The notes: generated by a model from the letters alone, not told the origin. Shown: positions 21,389 to 32,464, counted from the first letter of the stretch. The stretch: DNA of 61,682 nucleotides from an uncultured Eubacteriales bacterium (GCA_964572605.1 CAZNFG010000001.1:67459-129140), one strand, 5' to 3'. Made by a program: numbers and translations.

Positions 21389-23272
21389 ATGGATTATAAA
21401 GCAGAAAGTTATGATGTGATTGTAATAGGTGCTGGACATGCGGGTTGTGAGGCTGCGCTTGCTTCAGCAAGACTTGGACTTAAAACATGTATATTTACAA
21501 TTAATGCAGATACAATTGCAAACATGCCATGTAACCCAAACATCGGGGGTACATCAAAGGGTCATCTTGTAAGAGAAATAGATGCATTGGGCGGTGAAAT
21601 GGGAAAAAATATTGATAAAACATTTATACAATCAAAAATGCTAAACACATCAAAAGGACCTGCTGTTTTTTCATTAAGAGCGCAGGCTGACAGAAAAATG
21701 TATCATATAGAAATGAAACATATGCTTGAGTTGCAAGAAAACCTTGATGTAAAGCAAGCAGAAGTTGTAGAGTATATAGTTCAAAATAATGAGATTAAAG
21801 GAATTAAAACACATATAGGGGCAATATACGACGCAAAGGCTGTGGTACTGTGTTCTGGAACTTATTTAAGAGGAAAGATTCATATAGGAGAAGTAAATTA
21901 TGAAAGTGGTCCAGATGGAATATTTCCAGCGAAATATCTTACAGCAAGCATAGAAAAACTTGGACATACTATAAAAAGATTTAAGACGGGAACTCCTGCA
22001 AGGGTTAATAGAAGAAGTATAGATTTTTCTGTGATGGAAATTCAAAATGGAGATGAGGAAATAGTACCGTTTTCATTTGAAAATACAGACATCTATAGAA
22101 AGCAAGTTCCTTGTTATCTTACATATACAAACGAAAAAACACATCAAATAATAAGAAATAATCTTCATAGATCACCACTATATTCTGGAGTAATTAAAAG
22201 CACAGGTCCTCGTTATTGTCCATCAATAGAAGATAAAGTTGTTAAATTTGCAGATAAAGAAAGACATCAAATATTTATAGAGCCAATGGGAGAAAATACA
22301 GAAGAAATGTATGTGCAGGGAATGTCTAGCAGTTTGCCAGAAGAAGTTCAAATAGAAATGTATAGAACAATACCCGGAATGGAACATGTGGAATTTATAA
22401 GGCCAGCATATGCTATAGAATATGATGTCATAGAATCAACAGAATTAAAGCTTTCATTAGAATCAAAAATAATAAAAGGAATGTTTTTTGCTGGACAAGT
22501 AAACGGCTCTTCAGGATATGAAGAAGCTGCAGCACAAGGAATAATTGCAGGAATAAATGCAGTAATGTTTGTTAAGAAAAGAAAGCCGTTAATTTTAGAT
22601 AGATCTGATGCATATATTGGTGTTTTAATTGATGATTTAGTTACAAAGGGAACAAGCGAACCGTACAGAATGATGACTTCTAGAGCAGAATATAGACTAT
22701 TGTTAAGACAAGATAATAGTGACTATAGACTAACACCTCTAGGATATGAAGTTGGACTTATATCAAAAGAAAGATATGAAAAGTTTTTAAAGAAATATGA
22801 AAATATAAAAAACGAAATAGAAAGAATTAAAAAGACTAATATAAAGCCATCAAAAGAATTAAACGATATCTTGAAAAGCGTTAACACTACTGAAGTTACA
22901 ACCGGAATTAAATTAGTAGAGTTAATAAGAAGGACCGAGCTAGATTATGATATGTTAGCACCAATTGATAAAGAAAGGCCAGATCTTTCAAAAAACGAAA
23001 GAGAAGAAGTAAATATTGAAGTTAAATATGAAGGGTATATAAAATTACAAAAAGATCAAATTGAAGAATTTAAAAAAATAGAAAAGAAAAGCATACCTGA
23101 AAATATCGATTATGAAAAAATAAAAGGCATAAGATTAGAGGCTAGACAAAAGTTGGAAAAATTTAAACCATTGTCAATCGGTCAAGCGTCAAGAATTTCA
23201 GGGATTTCTCCTGCAGATATAAATGTATTGCTTATATATTTAAATACCGAAGCAAAAAGCATTACTAAATAA
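21389..23272 (+). CDS. mnmG: tRNA uridine 5-carboxymethylaminomethyl modification enzyme MnmG (GidA)
   Basis: FAD motif [35 protein letters not shown], 627 aa. Confidence 0.96.
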   Translation: MDYKAESYDVIVIGAGHAGCEAALASARLGLKTCIFTINADTIANMPCNPNIGGTSKGHLVREIDALGGEMGKNIDKTFIQSKMLNTSKGPAVFSLRAQADRKMYHIEMKHMLELQENLDVKQAEVVEYIVQNNEIKGIKTHIGAIYDAKAVVLCSGTYLRGKIHIGEVNYESGPDGIFPAKYLTASIEKLGHTIKRFKTGTPARVNRRSIDFSVMEIQNGDEEIVPFSFENTDIYRKQVPCYLTYTNEKTHQIIRNNLHRSPLYSGVIKSTGPRYCPSIEDKVVKFADKERHQIFIEPMGENTEEMYVQGMSSSLPEEVQIEMYRTIPGMEHVEFIRPAYAIEYDVIESTELKLSLESKIIKGMFFAGQVNGSSGYEEAAAQGIIAGINAVMFVKKRKPLILDRSDAYIGVLIDDLVTKGTSEPYRMMTSRAEYRLLLRQDNSDYRLTPLGYEVGLISKERYEKFLKKYENIKNEIERIKKTNIKPSKELNDILKSVNTTEVTTGIKLVELIRRTELDYDMLAPIDKERPDLSKNEREEVNIEVKYEGYIKLQKDQIEEFKKIEKKSIPENIDYEKIKGIRLEARQKLEKFKPLSIGQASRISGISPADINVLLIYLNTEAKSITK

Positions 23273-23397
23273 CGTGCGAGGATTTAATATTAGCGATTTA
23301 TATTTTAAATTAGTGAAACTACATACATCAAAAATAAAAACCAAAATAACACCAAAAATTTGCCAAATAAAACAAACGTAAACAAAGAAAGGAAATT

Positions 23398-24111
23398 ATG
23401 GAAACAATAAAGGAACTTTTGAAAGAAGAAGCAAAAAAAATAAATATAAATCTTTCTGAAGAGATGATAGAAAAATTTTTTAAATACAAAAATTTATTAA
23501 AAGAGTGGAATAAAAAAATAAATCTAACAGCTATCATAGAAGACGAAGAAATTATTATAAAACATTTTATTGACTCTCTTACTATAGAAAAATATATTCC
23601 TAAAAACGCAAAGATTATAGACGTCGGCACAGGTGCGGGGTTTCCGGGAATACCAATAAAGATTATAAGAGAAGATGTGGATGTTCTGTTGCTAGATTCT
23701 TTAAAAAAACGCGTTAATTTTTTGAAAGAAATAATAAACGAATGTGATTTGAAAAATATAAACGCATTACATGGAAGAGCAGAAGATGTGGGACAAAACA
23801 AAAAGTACAGAGAAGCTTTTGATGTATCAACTGCAAGGGCTGTTGCAAACATAGCTACGCTTACAGAAATCTGCACACCTTTTATAAAAGTTGGCGGATC
23901 ATTCTTGTGTATGAAGGCAGATGCAGACGATGAAATAGAAGATGCAAAAAAAGCATTAGAAAAACTTAATTTAATTTGTGAGAAAATTGATAAATTTAAA
24001 CTATCTAAAATAGATGCGAATAGAACAATAATTATATATAAAAAGAAAAATCCCACACCAAAGATATATCCGAGAAAAGCCGGAACACCAGCAAAAGACC
24101 CAATAAAATAA
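23398..24111 (+). CDS. rsmG: 16S rRNA (guanine527-N7)-methyltransferase RsmG
   Basis: SAM motif DVGTGAGFPGIPIKI, with synteny mnmG-rsmG-soj. Confidence 0.93.
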   Translation: METIKELLKEEAKKININLSEEMIEKFFKYKNLLKEWNKKINLTAIIEDEEIIIKHFIDSLTIEKYIPKNAKIIDVGTGAGFPGIPIKIIREDVDVLLLDSLKKRVNFLKEIINECDLKNINALHGRAEDVGQNKKYREAFDVSTARAVANIATLTEICTPFIKVGGSFLCMKADADDEIEDAKKALEKLNLICEKIDKFKLSKIDANRTIIIYKKKNPTPKIYPRKAGTPAKDPIK

Positions 24112-24125
24112 AATCTTAAAAAGAA

Positions 24126-24141
24126 TGTTTCACATGAAACA
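24126..24141. promoter_or_regulatory. parS-like site (may double as the rsmG terminator stem)
   Basis: TGTTTCACATGAAACA embedded in AAGAATGTTTCACATGAAACATTCTTTTTT. 15/16 match to the parS consensus. Confidence 0.7.
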
Positions 24142-24240
24142 TTCTTTTTTAAATTAATTATAACTTTTGTAAAAATTTATGTACAAAAAAAACTTTTACA
24201 TATATAATGAATTTATACAAACGAAAAAACAAAGAAGAAA

Positions 24241-24256
24241 AGTTTCACATGAAACA
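24241..24256. promoter_or_regulatory. parS-like site immediately upstream of soj
   Basis: AGTTTCACATGAAACA, 14/16 match to the consensus, about 14 nt before the soj start. Confidence 0.6.
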
Positions 24257-24269
24257 TTTGGAGGAAAAT

Positions 24270-25040
<771 letters not shown>

Positions 25041-25073
25041 ATATAAGTAATGTAATAAAAGGAGGACTTTATT

Positions 25074-25958
25074 ATGACAGTTGGGAAAAGCGGACTTGGA
25101 AAAGGCTTAGAAGCTTTGTTTCCATCAAATGTTGATGTGGATATGTTGGGAAGAGATGGTAAGGACATAGAAAAAATTATAGAAATAAAAATTTCTGAAA
25201 TCGAGCCAAACACAAATCAACCTAGAAAATCTTTTAATGACGAAAAAATGTTAGAACTTGCAGATTCAATTAAGCAACATGGTGTGCTACAACCGATAAT
25301 TGTATCAAAAAGAGACAATTACTATCAAATAATTGCGGGAGAAAGAAGATGGAGAGCTTCTAAGCTTGCAGGTCTTAAGACTATTCCTACAATTGTAAGA
25401 AATTATGACGAAAGAAAAACAAGAGAAGTTGCTTTAATTGAAAATATTCAAAGAGAAAACTTAAATCCTATTGAAGCTGCAAGAGCTTTAAAGGAGCTTA
25501 TGGAAGAGCATAATTTAACACAAGAAGAATTATCTAAAACACTTGGAAAAAGTAGAAGCGCAATAGCAAATACAGTAAGAATATTAAATCTTGATGAGAA
25601 AGTTTTAAATCTAGTTAGCGAGGGAAAACTTTCAGAAGGTCATGCAAGAAGCCTTGTTACTGTAGCAAATCCACAAAAACAGTACAAGCTTGCAATGGAT
25701 ATAATAAACTTAGATTTAAGCGTTAGAGATGTAGAACAAAGAGTTAAGGAAGAAAAAGTTGCAAAAAAACCAACAAAAGATAAGAAGGCAAAACATACAA
25801 AAATCGAAGTAATATATAAAGATATAGAAAATAGATTAAAGAAAAAACTTGGAACAAAAGTTATTTTCAATCCAACAACAAAAAACAAAGGAAAGATTAT
25901 TATCGAATACTACTCAAATGAAGAACTAGAAAGAATTTTAGAAGTATTAGAAAAATAG
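25074..25958 (+). CDS. spo0J: Chromosome partitioning protein ParB/Spo0J
   Basis: GLGKGLEAL, IIAGERRWRA (ParB box) and an HTH segment. Confidence 0.93.
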   Translation: MTVGKSGLGKGLEALFPSNVDVDMLGRDGKDIEKIIEIKISEIEPNTNQPRKSFNDEKMLELADSIKQHGVLQPIIVSKRDNYYQIIAGERRWRASKLAGLKTIPTIVRNYDERKTREVALIENIQRENLNPIEAARALKELMEEHNLTQEELSKTLGKSRSAIANTVRILNLDEKVLNLVSEGKLSEGHARSLVTVANPQKQYKLAMDIINLDLSVRDVEQRVKEEKVAKKPTKDKKAKHTKIEVIYKDIENRLKKKLGTKVIFNPTTKNKGKIIIEYYSNEELERILEVLEK

Positions 25959-25987
25959 ATTTTCTTGAATAAATATGGGGTGATAAA

Positions 25988-26518
25988 TTGAATAATATAA
26001 TTGATTTTCTTAGAAGCGATACGTCTGTGATTATTATTTTCACGCTACTTATAATAGAGGCTGGGTTACTAATATATACATTTATTAAAACATTGAAATT
26101 AAATAAAAAATATGAGAACTTTCTTTGCAAACTAAGCAATGGAGAAGACTTTGAAGACATGCTTAAAAAATATATAGTAGATGTTGAAAATGTCAAAGGG
26201 GAAAATAGAGCAATAAAAAACACATGTAAAGAAATTGAAAAAAACCTTGAAAGGTGTATACAAAAAGTTGGAATAGTTAGATATAGCGCTTTTCAAAATA
26301 CAGGAAGTGATCTTTGTTTTGCACTTGCGTTACTTGATTTTGAAGATAATGGGATAATTATTAACGGAATATATTCAAGAGATAATACAACAACAACATA
26401 TGCAAAACCAATAGAAAAAGGAACATCAAAATACACACTTGTAAAAGAGGAAGAAGCAGCTTTAGAAATGGCTAAGCACAGCGGATACAAGTATTATATA
26501 AACATAAATAACACGTAG
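25988..26518 (+). CDS. DUF4446-like protein
   Basis: N-terminal TM helix and a VGIVRYSAFQNTGSDLCFALALLD...GIYSRD core, as I recall for DUF4446 proteins that follow parB in Clostridia. TTG start. Confidence 0.55.
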   Translation: MNNIIDFLRSDTSVIIIFTLLIIEAGLLIYTFIKTLKLNKKYENFLCKLSNGEDFEDMLKKYIVDVENVKGENRAIKNTCKEIEKNLERCIQKVGIVRYSAFQNTGSDLCFALALLDFEDNGIIINGIYSRDNTTTTYAKPIEKGTSKYTLVKEEEAALEMAKHSGYKYYININNT

Positions 26519-26531
26519 GGGGGAATTGTAT

Positions 26532-27239
26532 ATGAACAAAGGAAAAGCATTAACTAAAATAATTTATGTGTTAGCAGCAATTTTAGTTTGTATAGTATTA
26601 ATAGCTTTTTTCAGACAAGAAGTTATAGAAAAAGAAAAAACAAAGCAAGAAGAAGAGATGGAGAATGAGTATAATATTATTGGAAACACTTCAACATCAA
26701 GTATATACGGTGAAACAAATAATGTCGAGGAGTTCTTAAAGATAGCAAAAGATCAAAAAATTTCACTAGAAGGAGAAACGCAAGAAAAGATATTTAATAT
26801 TACACCAAGATTTGTTATAGAAAATTCAGATTACGAAATTTTTAAAGATGGAGTTTCAGCAGAAAGTTACCTTTTATATGATGATAATATATATAAAATA
26901 GGTGAAGGTAAGTCAGGGTTAGGCATATTAAGTTTCGCACTAGCAGATATGAATAAGGATGAAAAACATGAATTATATTATACATATCAATGGAGAACCG
27001 GCATTGATCGTTCAAATGTTGCCATGTTTGATCCATCAGAAAAGGTTCAAAAAGGCTTTGACATGGTGTATTATAAAGACAAAAATGTAATATTAATAAC
27101 GAAAATTGGAGTGCTTTATCTGTGTGATGCTACATTTTCAAAACATGAAGATGTAACTAACTTTAAGCTAAACGCTGGAAATGTTCTAAGTAAGGTAGTT
27201 AGCAAGAATGGAAATATTTATATTGAAGAAAATCAGTAG
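26532..27239 (+). CDS. Hypothetical membrane-anchored protein
   Basis: ORF with GGGGGGA upstream and an N-terminal TM helix (IIYVLAAILVCIVLIAFF). I recognise no family. Confidence 0.45.
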   Translation: MNKGKALTKIIYVLAAILVCIVLIAFFRQEVIEKEKTKQEEEMENEYNIIGNTSTSSIYGETNNVEEFLKIAKDQKISLEGETQEKIFNITPRFVIENSDYEIFKDGVSAESYLLYDDNIYKIGEGKSGLGILSFALADMNKDEKHELYYTYQWRTGIDRSNVAMFDPSEKVQKGFDMVYYKDKNVILITKIGVLYLCDATFSKHEDVTNFKLNAGNVLSKVVSKNGNIYIEENQ

Positions 27240-27249
27240 TATTTTTGTA

Positions 27250-27278
27250 TTGACAATGAAGTGTTAAAATGTTAATAT
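27250..27278 (+). promoter_or_regulatory. Sigma-A type promoter for the tRNA-Ser pair
   Basis: TTGACA, 17-nt spacer, TAATAT. Confidence 0.5.
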
Positions 27279-27304
27279 ATCTCTTGTCGACAGCGACAAA
27301 ACGT

Positions 27305-27395
<91 letters not shown>

Positions 27396-27418
27396 TTTTT
27401 ATATTTATTGATATTCAC

Positions 27419-27510
27419 GGAGACATACCCAAGCAGGTCGAAGGGGACAGTTTGCTAAACTGTTAGGGTTCGCAAGGGCCGCGAGAGTTCGAATCTCTCT
27501 GTCTCCGCCA
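27419..27510 (+). tRNA. tRNA-Ser (anticodon GCU)
   Basis: GGAGACA.../...TGTCTCC acceptor, anticodon stem ACAGT/ACTGT with loop TTGCTAA, long variable arm, AGTTCGAATCT T-loop, CCA end. Confidence 0.9.
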
Positions 27511-27514
27511 TATA

Positions 27515-27543
27515 AAAGACAACTGCTAAGGTTGTCTTTTTTT
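27515..27543 (+). terminator. Intrinsic terminator after the tRNA-Ser genes
   Basis: AAAGACAAC-loop-GTTGTCTTT followed by a T-run. Confidence 0.75.
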
Positions 27544-27612
27544 GTGTTCAAAAATGATTGTTCAACTTACCAAGTTTGATATATAATGTAAGTGAATTTA
27601 AAGGAGGTTTTT

Positions 27613-28182
27613 ATGAGAATAATATTAGCATCACAATCACCAAGAAGAAAAGAGTTGCTATCACTTATAACCAAAGATTTTGAAGTTATAGTAAGTAATG
27701 ATGATGAGATTGTAGATAAAAATTTGCCTGCAATTGAGCAAGTAAAATTGATTGCAAGTAATAAAGCACATGATGTTGCAGAAAAAATAGAAGGAGACTC
27801 TATAATAATTGGAAGTGATACTATTGTAGTTGTTGATGAAGAAATACTAGGAAAGCCAAAAGATGAAGAAAATGCGATTTATATGTTAAAAAAATTAAAC
27901 GGTAGATATCACGAGGTTATGACTGGGATTTCAGTAATAGTAAAAGAAAAGGGCAAAGTAATAGAACATAATGATGTTTGCGTTACTAAAGTTCATATAA
28001 AAGATATGACAAATGAAGAAATAAAAAAATGGTTAAATACAGGAAATGCATGGGATAAGGCGGGTGCATATGCTGTTCAGCAAGAATTCGCAGTACATGT
28101 TGATAAGATAGAAGGTAACTTTGCTAGTGTTATGGGGTTTCCTGTTCATGATGTATATGATATTATAAAAAAATATATATAG
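27613..28182 (+). CDS. maf: Maf-like nucleoside triphosphate pyrophosphatase
   Basis: MRIILASQSPRRKELL, GSDTIVV, AGAYAVQ motifs. AAAGGAGG RBS. Confidence 0.9.
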   Translation: MRIILASQSPRRKELLSLITKDFEVIVSNDDEIVDKNLPAIEQVKLIASNKAHDVAEKIEGDSIIIGSDTIVVVDEEILGKPKDEENAIYMLKKLNGRYHEVMTGISVIVKEKGKVIEHNDVCVTKVHIKDMTNEEIKKWLNTGNAWDKAGAYAVQQEFAVHVDKIEGNFASVMGFPVHDVYDIIKKYI

Positions 28183-28191
28183 GGGGATAAA

Positions 28192-29181
28192 ATGGATAAG
28201 GAGAGAAAAAAGAAATATAAAATATTTCTATACAAATTTCTTGCTGTACTTGTAATACTTGGTTTGGGTATAGGTGTTGGAATAACAGAAGTGGGATGGG
28301 AAAATATAAATGAAAAAGGTCTTATTGCAATAGTAGAAAGTTCAGAAGAATACTTAAAAAATATGCAAGATTATTTGTATTATGAAAATTACGAAAATCA
28401 GCAAACAACTGGTAGTGGTGATTTTGAAATATTTGTATTTAATGTTGGGCAAGCCGACTCCATTTTAATAAGAAGTGAAGATGAATATATGTTAATTGAT
28501 GCAGGTAATAATGCAGATGGAACATTAATAGTAGATGAATTAAAAAAGATGGGGGTAACAAAACTAGAATATTTAATAGCAACACATTCACATGAAGACC
28601 ATATCGGAGGAATGGATGATGTAATTAATAATATAGAAGTTGATAATTTTTTCATACCAGATGTTCAATACAATACAACATCATATATAGATATTATAAA
28701 AGCTTGTAATAACAATAAATTAAAAATGTTAGAACCACCAATAGGATATATTTTTAAGTTGGGAAAAGCATCCTGCGAGGTAATGCTTGTGGGATCAAAT
28801 ACTGAAAATCTGAATTTAACATCAATTGTTATAGAAATAACAAAAGGAAATAACAATTTCTTGTTTATGGGTGATGCAGAAATAGAAAATGAAGAATTAA
28901 GAGCATGGAATGATATAGATATATTAAAAGTTGCACACCATGGTTCAAGTACTAGCACATCAAAAGATTTTATAGAACAAACAAAACCAGAAATTGCATT
29001 AATTTCTGTAGGAGAAAATAACGACTATGGACATCCACACAAGGAAATACGTGACTTATTAGAAGAGAAGAATATAAAAACATATAGAACAGATTTAAAT
29101 GGTACTATTTACATTACCAGTAACGGTGAAACATATAACGTGGAAAGTTTAGATATAAATTTGAATGGTAATGAAAAATAA
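28192..29181 (+). CDS. Membrane-anchored MBL-fold metallo-hydrolase (ComEC C-terminal domain-like)
   Basis: N-terminal TM helix, VGQADSILI, HSHEDHIGG and VAHHGS motifs. Confidence 0.7.
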   Translation: MDKERKKKYKIFLYKFLAVLVILGLGIGVGITEVGWENINEKGLIAIVESSEEYLKNMQDYLYYENYENQQTTGSGDFEIFVFNVGQADSILIRSEDEYMLIDAGNNADGTLIVDELKKMGVTKLEYLIATHSHEDHIGGMDDVINNIEVDNFFIPDVQYNTTSYIDIIKACNNNKLKMLEPPIGYIFKLGKASCEVMLVGSNTENLNLTSIVIEITKGNNNFLFMGDAEIENEELRAWNDIDILKVAHHGSSTSTSKDFIEQTKPEIALISVGENNDYGHPHKEIRDLLEEKNIKTYRTDLNGTIYITSNGETYNVESLDINLNGNEK

Positions 29182-29190
29182 AAAAGAATA

Positions 29191-29221
29191 AAAAAACCGC
29201 ATTTTCTTATGCGGTTTTTTT
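29191..29221 (+). terminator. Intrinsic terminator
   Basis: AAAAAACCGCAT-loop-ATGCGGTTTTTTT. Confidence 0.85.
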
Positions 29222-29361
29222 GCCATTTTCTACCCAAAAAGTCCCAATTTCTCATATTCTTTAGCCTTATTTTCAGTCTAAAACTCATAAAATTTGACAA
29301 AAAATCAAAACAGTAGTAAAATGCAAAATGTTCGAGCTTTTATATCAGAAAGGAGCGTTTA

Positions 29362-30006
29362 ATGGGAGAACAAAGCAGTATACTCGTGCAAAAGAAAATG
29401 TTTTTAGCACTTACAGTAGTAATTTTCACATTAACAATATATTTAGTTAATTTTTACACAAAAGATAAAGATATTCAAATAGCGGTTGTAAACAATAAAA
29501 TTGTAAGGATAGAAAAAAATGAAGATGATAGTATAAAAAGTGAACCTATTCAATACACTGCAATAGAGAGGATAGAAGAAGATACAAAAGAAGACATCGA
29601 AGAAATAATTGAACAGCCAATAACGGTTAATAAAACTGAAACTGTGCCAGTTGATGATCCACCAACAGAATACAAAGAGGTAATGGAAGCAACAGCAACA
29701 GCATATTGTTTATGCGTGAAATGTTGCGGAAAACTACCAACACATCCAGGATACGGCATTACAGCATCAGGATATAAAATAACGCCAGGTATAGGAGAAA
29801 AGGTAATAGCGGTAGATCCAAATGTAATAGAGTTGGGAAGTAGAGTTTATGTTGAAGGATTAAATGGAGCAAAAAACTATGGATATGCAATTGCAGCAGA
29901 TACAGGCAGTGCAATAAAGAATATAAAAATAGATTTATATATGGATTCACATCAAGATACATTAAACTGGGGAGTTAAAAAAGTAAAAGTATATGTAATG
30001 AATTAA
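29362..30006 (+). CDS. 3D (MltA-like) domain-containing cell-wall protein
   Basis: N-terminal TM helix. The C-terminal part, ATAYCLCVKCCGK...GITASGY...IAVDPNVIELGSRVYVEG...IAADTGSAIK..IDLYM, is typical of 3D domains. Confidence 0.75.
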   Translation: MGEQSSILVQKKMFLALTVVIFTLTIYLVNFYTKDKDIQIAVVNNKIVRIEKNEDDSIKSEPIQYTAIERIEEDTKEDIEEIIEQPITVNKTETVPVDDPPTEYKEVMEATATAYCLCVKCCGKLPTHPGYGITASGYKITPGIGEKVIAVDPNVIELGSRVYVEGLNGAKNYGYAIAADTGSAIKNIKIDLYMDSHQDTLNWGVKKVKVYVMN

Positions 30007-30174
30007 GAAAGATGGGGCTTATTATAAGCTCCATTTTTTTGAAAAAAATGTCTATAAAACTTAATTATCAATTCATTTGTAAAATTTATTAAAAAAAAGA
30101 AAGAAGTTAAAATGAAGTTTTAAGAAGACTTGCAATAAAAACAGAAAATACTTATAATGAATTTGAGGTGAAAT

Positions 30175-31020
30175 ATGAACTTAGAACAAGAAACGAGATT
30201 TTTACTAGAAAAATATAAATTAAGGGCAAACAAAAGCTTGGGCCAAAACTTCTTGATTGATGAGTCCGTATTAGAAGAAATTATTAGCAAGTCAGAAGTT
30301 TCAAAGGAAGATACTATTATAGAGATTGGACCGGGTTTGGGTACACTTACAGCAAAGCTGGCGGAAACATCAAAAAAAGTTATTGCAGTAGAGCTAGATG
30401 AGAATATGGTAAATGTACTAAATGAAAGGTTTTCACTATATAAAAATGTAGAAATAATTCATAAAGATATTTTAAAAACAGATTTAAAAGAAATGATTAA
30501 AGGTGAATTAAGTGTAAAGGTTGTAGCAAACCTGCCTTACTATATTACAACTCCAATAGTAATGAAGTTGTTAGAAGACGAACTTGACATAAAATCAATT
30601 ACAGTAATGGTTCAAAAAGAAGTTGGCGAGAGGTTTTGCGCAGACCCGGGAGGTAAAGAATATGGTGCTATTACAGTAAGTATAAATTATTATACTGAAC
30701 CTAAAATCATAGCTGAAGTTCCAAGGGATTGCTTTTTACCATCGCCTGATGTAGACTCATGTGTAGTAATACTTAAACTAAAAAATGAACATATAGAACT
30801 AAAAAATAAAAAAGAGTTTTTTGAAATCGTAAAACTAGCATTTACAAAGAGGAGAAAAAACATTGGGAACTCTTTGATATCAGCCGGAAGAAATAAAGAC
30901 TATGTAAGAAAAATGTTAGAAAAACTAAACCTAGACATAAATAAAAGAGCAGAAAATTTGTCTTTAAAGCAATTTGCTGAAATTGCAAATTATGAGGAAA
31001 GGAAGAATACAAATGATTAA
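30175..31020 (+). CDS. rsmA: 16S rRNA (adenine1518/1519-N6)-dimethyltransferase RsmA/KsgA
   Basis: LGQNFLID, EIGPGLGTLT, NLPYYITTPI motifs. Confidence 0.95.
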   Translation: MNLEQETRFLLEKYKLRANKSLGQNFLIDESVLEEIISKSEVSKEDTIIEIGPGLGTLTAKLAETSKKVIAVELDENMVNVLNERFSLYKNVEIIHKDILKTDLKEMIKGELSVKVVANLPYYITTPIVMKLLEDELDIKSITVMVQKEVGERFCADPGGKEYGAITVSINYYTEPKIIAEVPRDCFLPSPDVDSCVVILKLKNEHIELKNKKEFFEIVKLAFTKRRKNIGNSLISAGRNKDYVRKMLEKLNLDINKRAENLSLKQFAEIANYEERKNTND

Positions 31021-31978
31021 CACCAGATATGTAATAATAATTGACGATGAGGGTAGCGTTTTGAAAATGGCAAATAAACTATTCGAAAAAGAGCACGAAT
31101 ATCAAATTATAAAAGTCGACTCTACTAAAGATGAAGTTAAAAAAGCTATTATTGCAACGGTTCCAGATTTAGTAATAATTAATGAAGATGATCTTAATGA
31201 ATTAGATTCAGTTGCCATAGTAAATACAATTAATAAAGCAAATGAATTGGGTGGAGCGCCGATTGTTATTGTATCTAGTATAGAAGGAAAAGCACATCGA
31301 ATAGAATTACTGAAAAGAGGTGTTGAAAATTTTATTAAGAAGCCACTAGATGAAGAGTATTTTTATTATACGATAAAAAGTTTAGTAAAATTGATAAGTA
31401 ATAATAGATGTATAAGCGCACTTACTTGTCTTCCTGGAAACATACAAATAGGAAATGAATTAAAAAGAAGAATGGCAATGAGAACTGGAGAATATGCGGT
31501 TTTATATACAGACCTAGATAATTTTAAATCATATAATGATAAATATGGATTCATGAATGGTGATGAAGTTATTAAATTTACTAGTGATGTTATTCAAAGA
31601 GCAATTCAAAAATATGGAGTAAGAGGAGACTTTTTAGGGCATATTGGTGGAGATGATTTCGTTGCAATAGTAGATTATGCTAATGCAAGAAAAATAGGAA
31701 AAAATATTGTTAAATTATTTGATGAAGAAATAATTAAGTTTTATACAAAAGAAGATGCAGAAAAAGGTTGGATTAGAGTCCCAAATAGAAAGGGAAAACT
31801 TGAAAAATATCCAATAATGACTATAACAGTAGCAATGATTAGTAATAAGTATAAAAAATATAAATCTGAACTAGAAATAGGAGAAGATGGAGCATCAATT
31901 AAGAAGAAAGCAAAAACGTTGCCAGGAAGTAACTTCATGGAAGATAGAAGAAAAAAACAACGTAAAAGTCTTATGTAA
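31013..31978 (+). CDS. Receiver-like domain plus GGDEF-family diguanylate cyclase domain (GGDDF variant)
   Basis: The start at MINTRYVIIIDD overlaps the rsmA stop. The GGDEF-domain core is YTDLDNFKSYNDKYGFMNGDEV...HIGGDDFVAI. The usual phospho-acceptor position reads LVIINED. Confidence 0.7.
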   Translation: MINTRYVIIIDDEGSVLKMANKLFEKEHEYQIIKVDSTKDEVKKAIIATVPDLVIINEDDLNELDSVAIVNTINKANELGGAPIVIVSSIEGKAHRIELLKRGVENFIKKPLDEEYFYYTIKSLVKLISNNRCISALTCLPGNIQIGNELKRRMAMRTGEYAVLYTDLDNFKSYNDKYGFMNGDEVIKFTSDVIQRAIQKYGVRGDFLGHIGGDDFVAIVDYANARKIGKNIVKLFDEEIIKFYTKEDAEKGWIRVPNRKGKLEKYPIMTITVAMISNKYKKYKSELEIGEDGASIKKKAKTLPGSNFMEDRRKKQRKSLM

Positions 31979-31987
31979 TTTGTAATA

Positions 31988-32026
31988 AAGGGAGCAACCG
32001 AATTAGGGTTGCTCCCTTTTTGTTTT
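31988..32026 (+). terminator. Intrinsic terminator
   Basis: AGGGAGCAACC-loop-GGTTGCTCCCT followed by TTTTTGTTTTT. Confidence 0.85.
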
Positions 32027-32038
32027 TATAATTTAAAA

Positions 32039-32054
32039 AGTTTCACGTAAAACA
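32039..32054. promoter_or_regulatory. Weak parS-like half-degenerate site
   Basis: AGTTTCACGTAAAACA, 14/16 match to TGTTNCACGTGAAACA. Confidence 0.35.
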
Positions 32055-32367
32055 TTCAATACTAGGGAAATATAAAAATGTGATTTAACCCTTCTAGAAA
32101 CAGAGATGTGAGAAATATTAAATTAATAAAAAAATATGAAATTCTTAAAAACTAACAAAGAAAAATGCAATTGTTCATAATGTTATATTACGGAAGAACA
32201 GATTGTGGAGAATTATTTTTTTAAAATAACAATAAAGTTACAAAGTTGTAATATGTTTGTAAATTAAATTTAATATTCACTAAAAGTTCAGATGTGTGTA
32301 ATAAGCTCTTTTTGCTTCCGTAGATATATTTTGGGGCTTTTTTTTTACAAGAACCTACTATATGTTA

Positions 32368-32388
32368 ATGCGCGTGCGCGCGTGTATA
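32368..32388. repeat. Perfect alternating purine-pyrimidine, GC-rich tract
   Basis: ATGCGCGTGCGCGCGTGTATA. It is isolated in an AT-rich 440-bp noncoding leader, about 77 nt upstream of the 1916-aa gene. Confidence 0.8.
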
Positions 32389-32464
32389 GACAATAGAAGC
32401 TGTAAGTGATAAAAAATAATTAGTAGTGTAGTTTTTATGAAACAATATACAAGGAGTGAGATGA

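Noticed and set aside
23328-24056. 242-aa minus-strand ORF
   Set aside because: It is fully antisense to the well-supported rsmG gene. It has a low-complexity Ser/Phe/Ile-rich translation typical of the reverse frame of an AT-rich, Lys/Glu-rich gene, and no RBS.
29222-29361. Possible riboswitch (for example c-di-AMP type) upstream of the 3D-domain cell-wall gene
   Set aside because: The leader is short. It contains a plain TTGACA-17-TAAAAT promoter and no conserved riboswitch-like helices that I can recognise.
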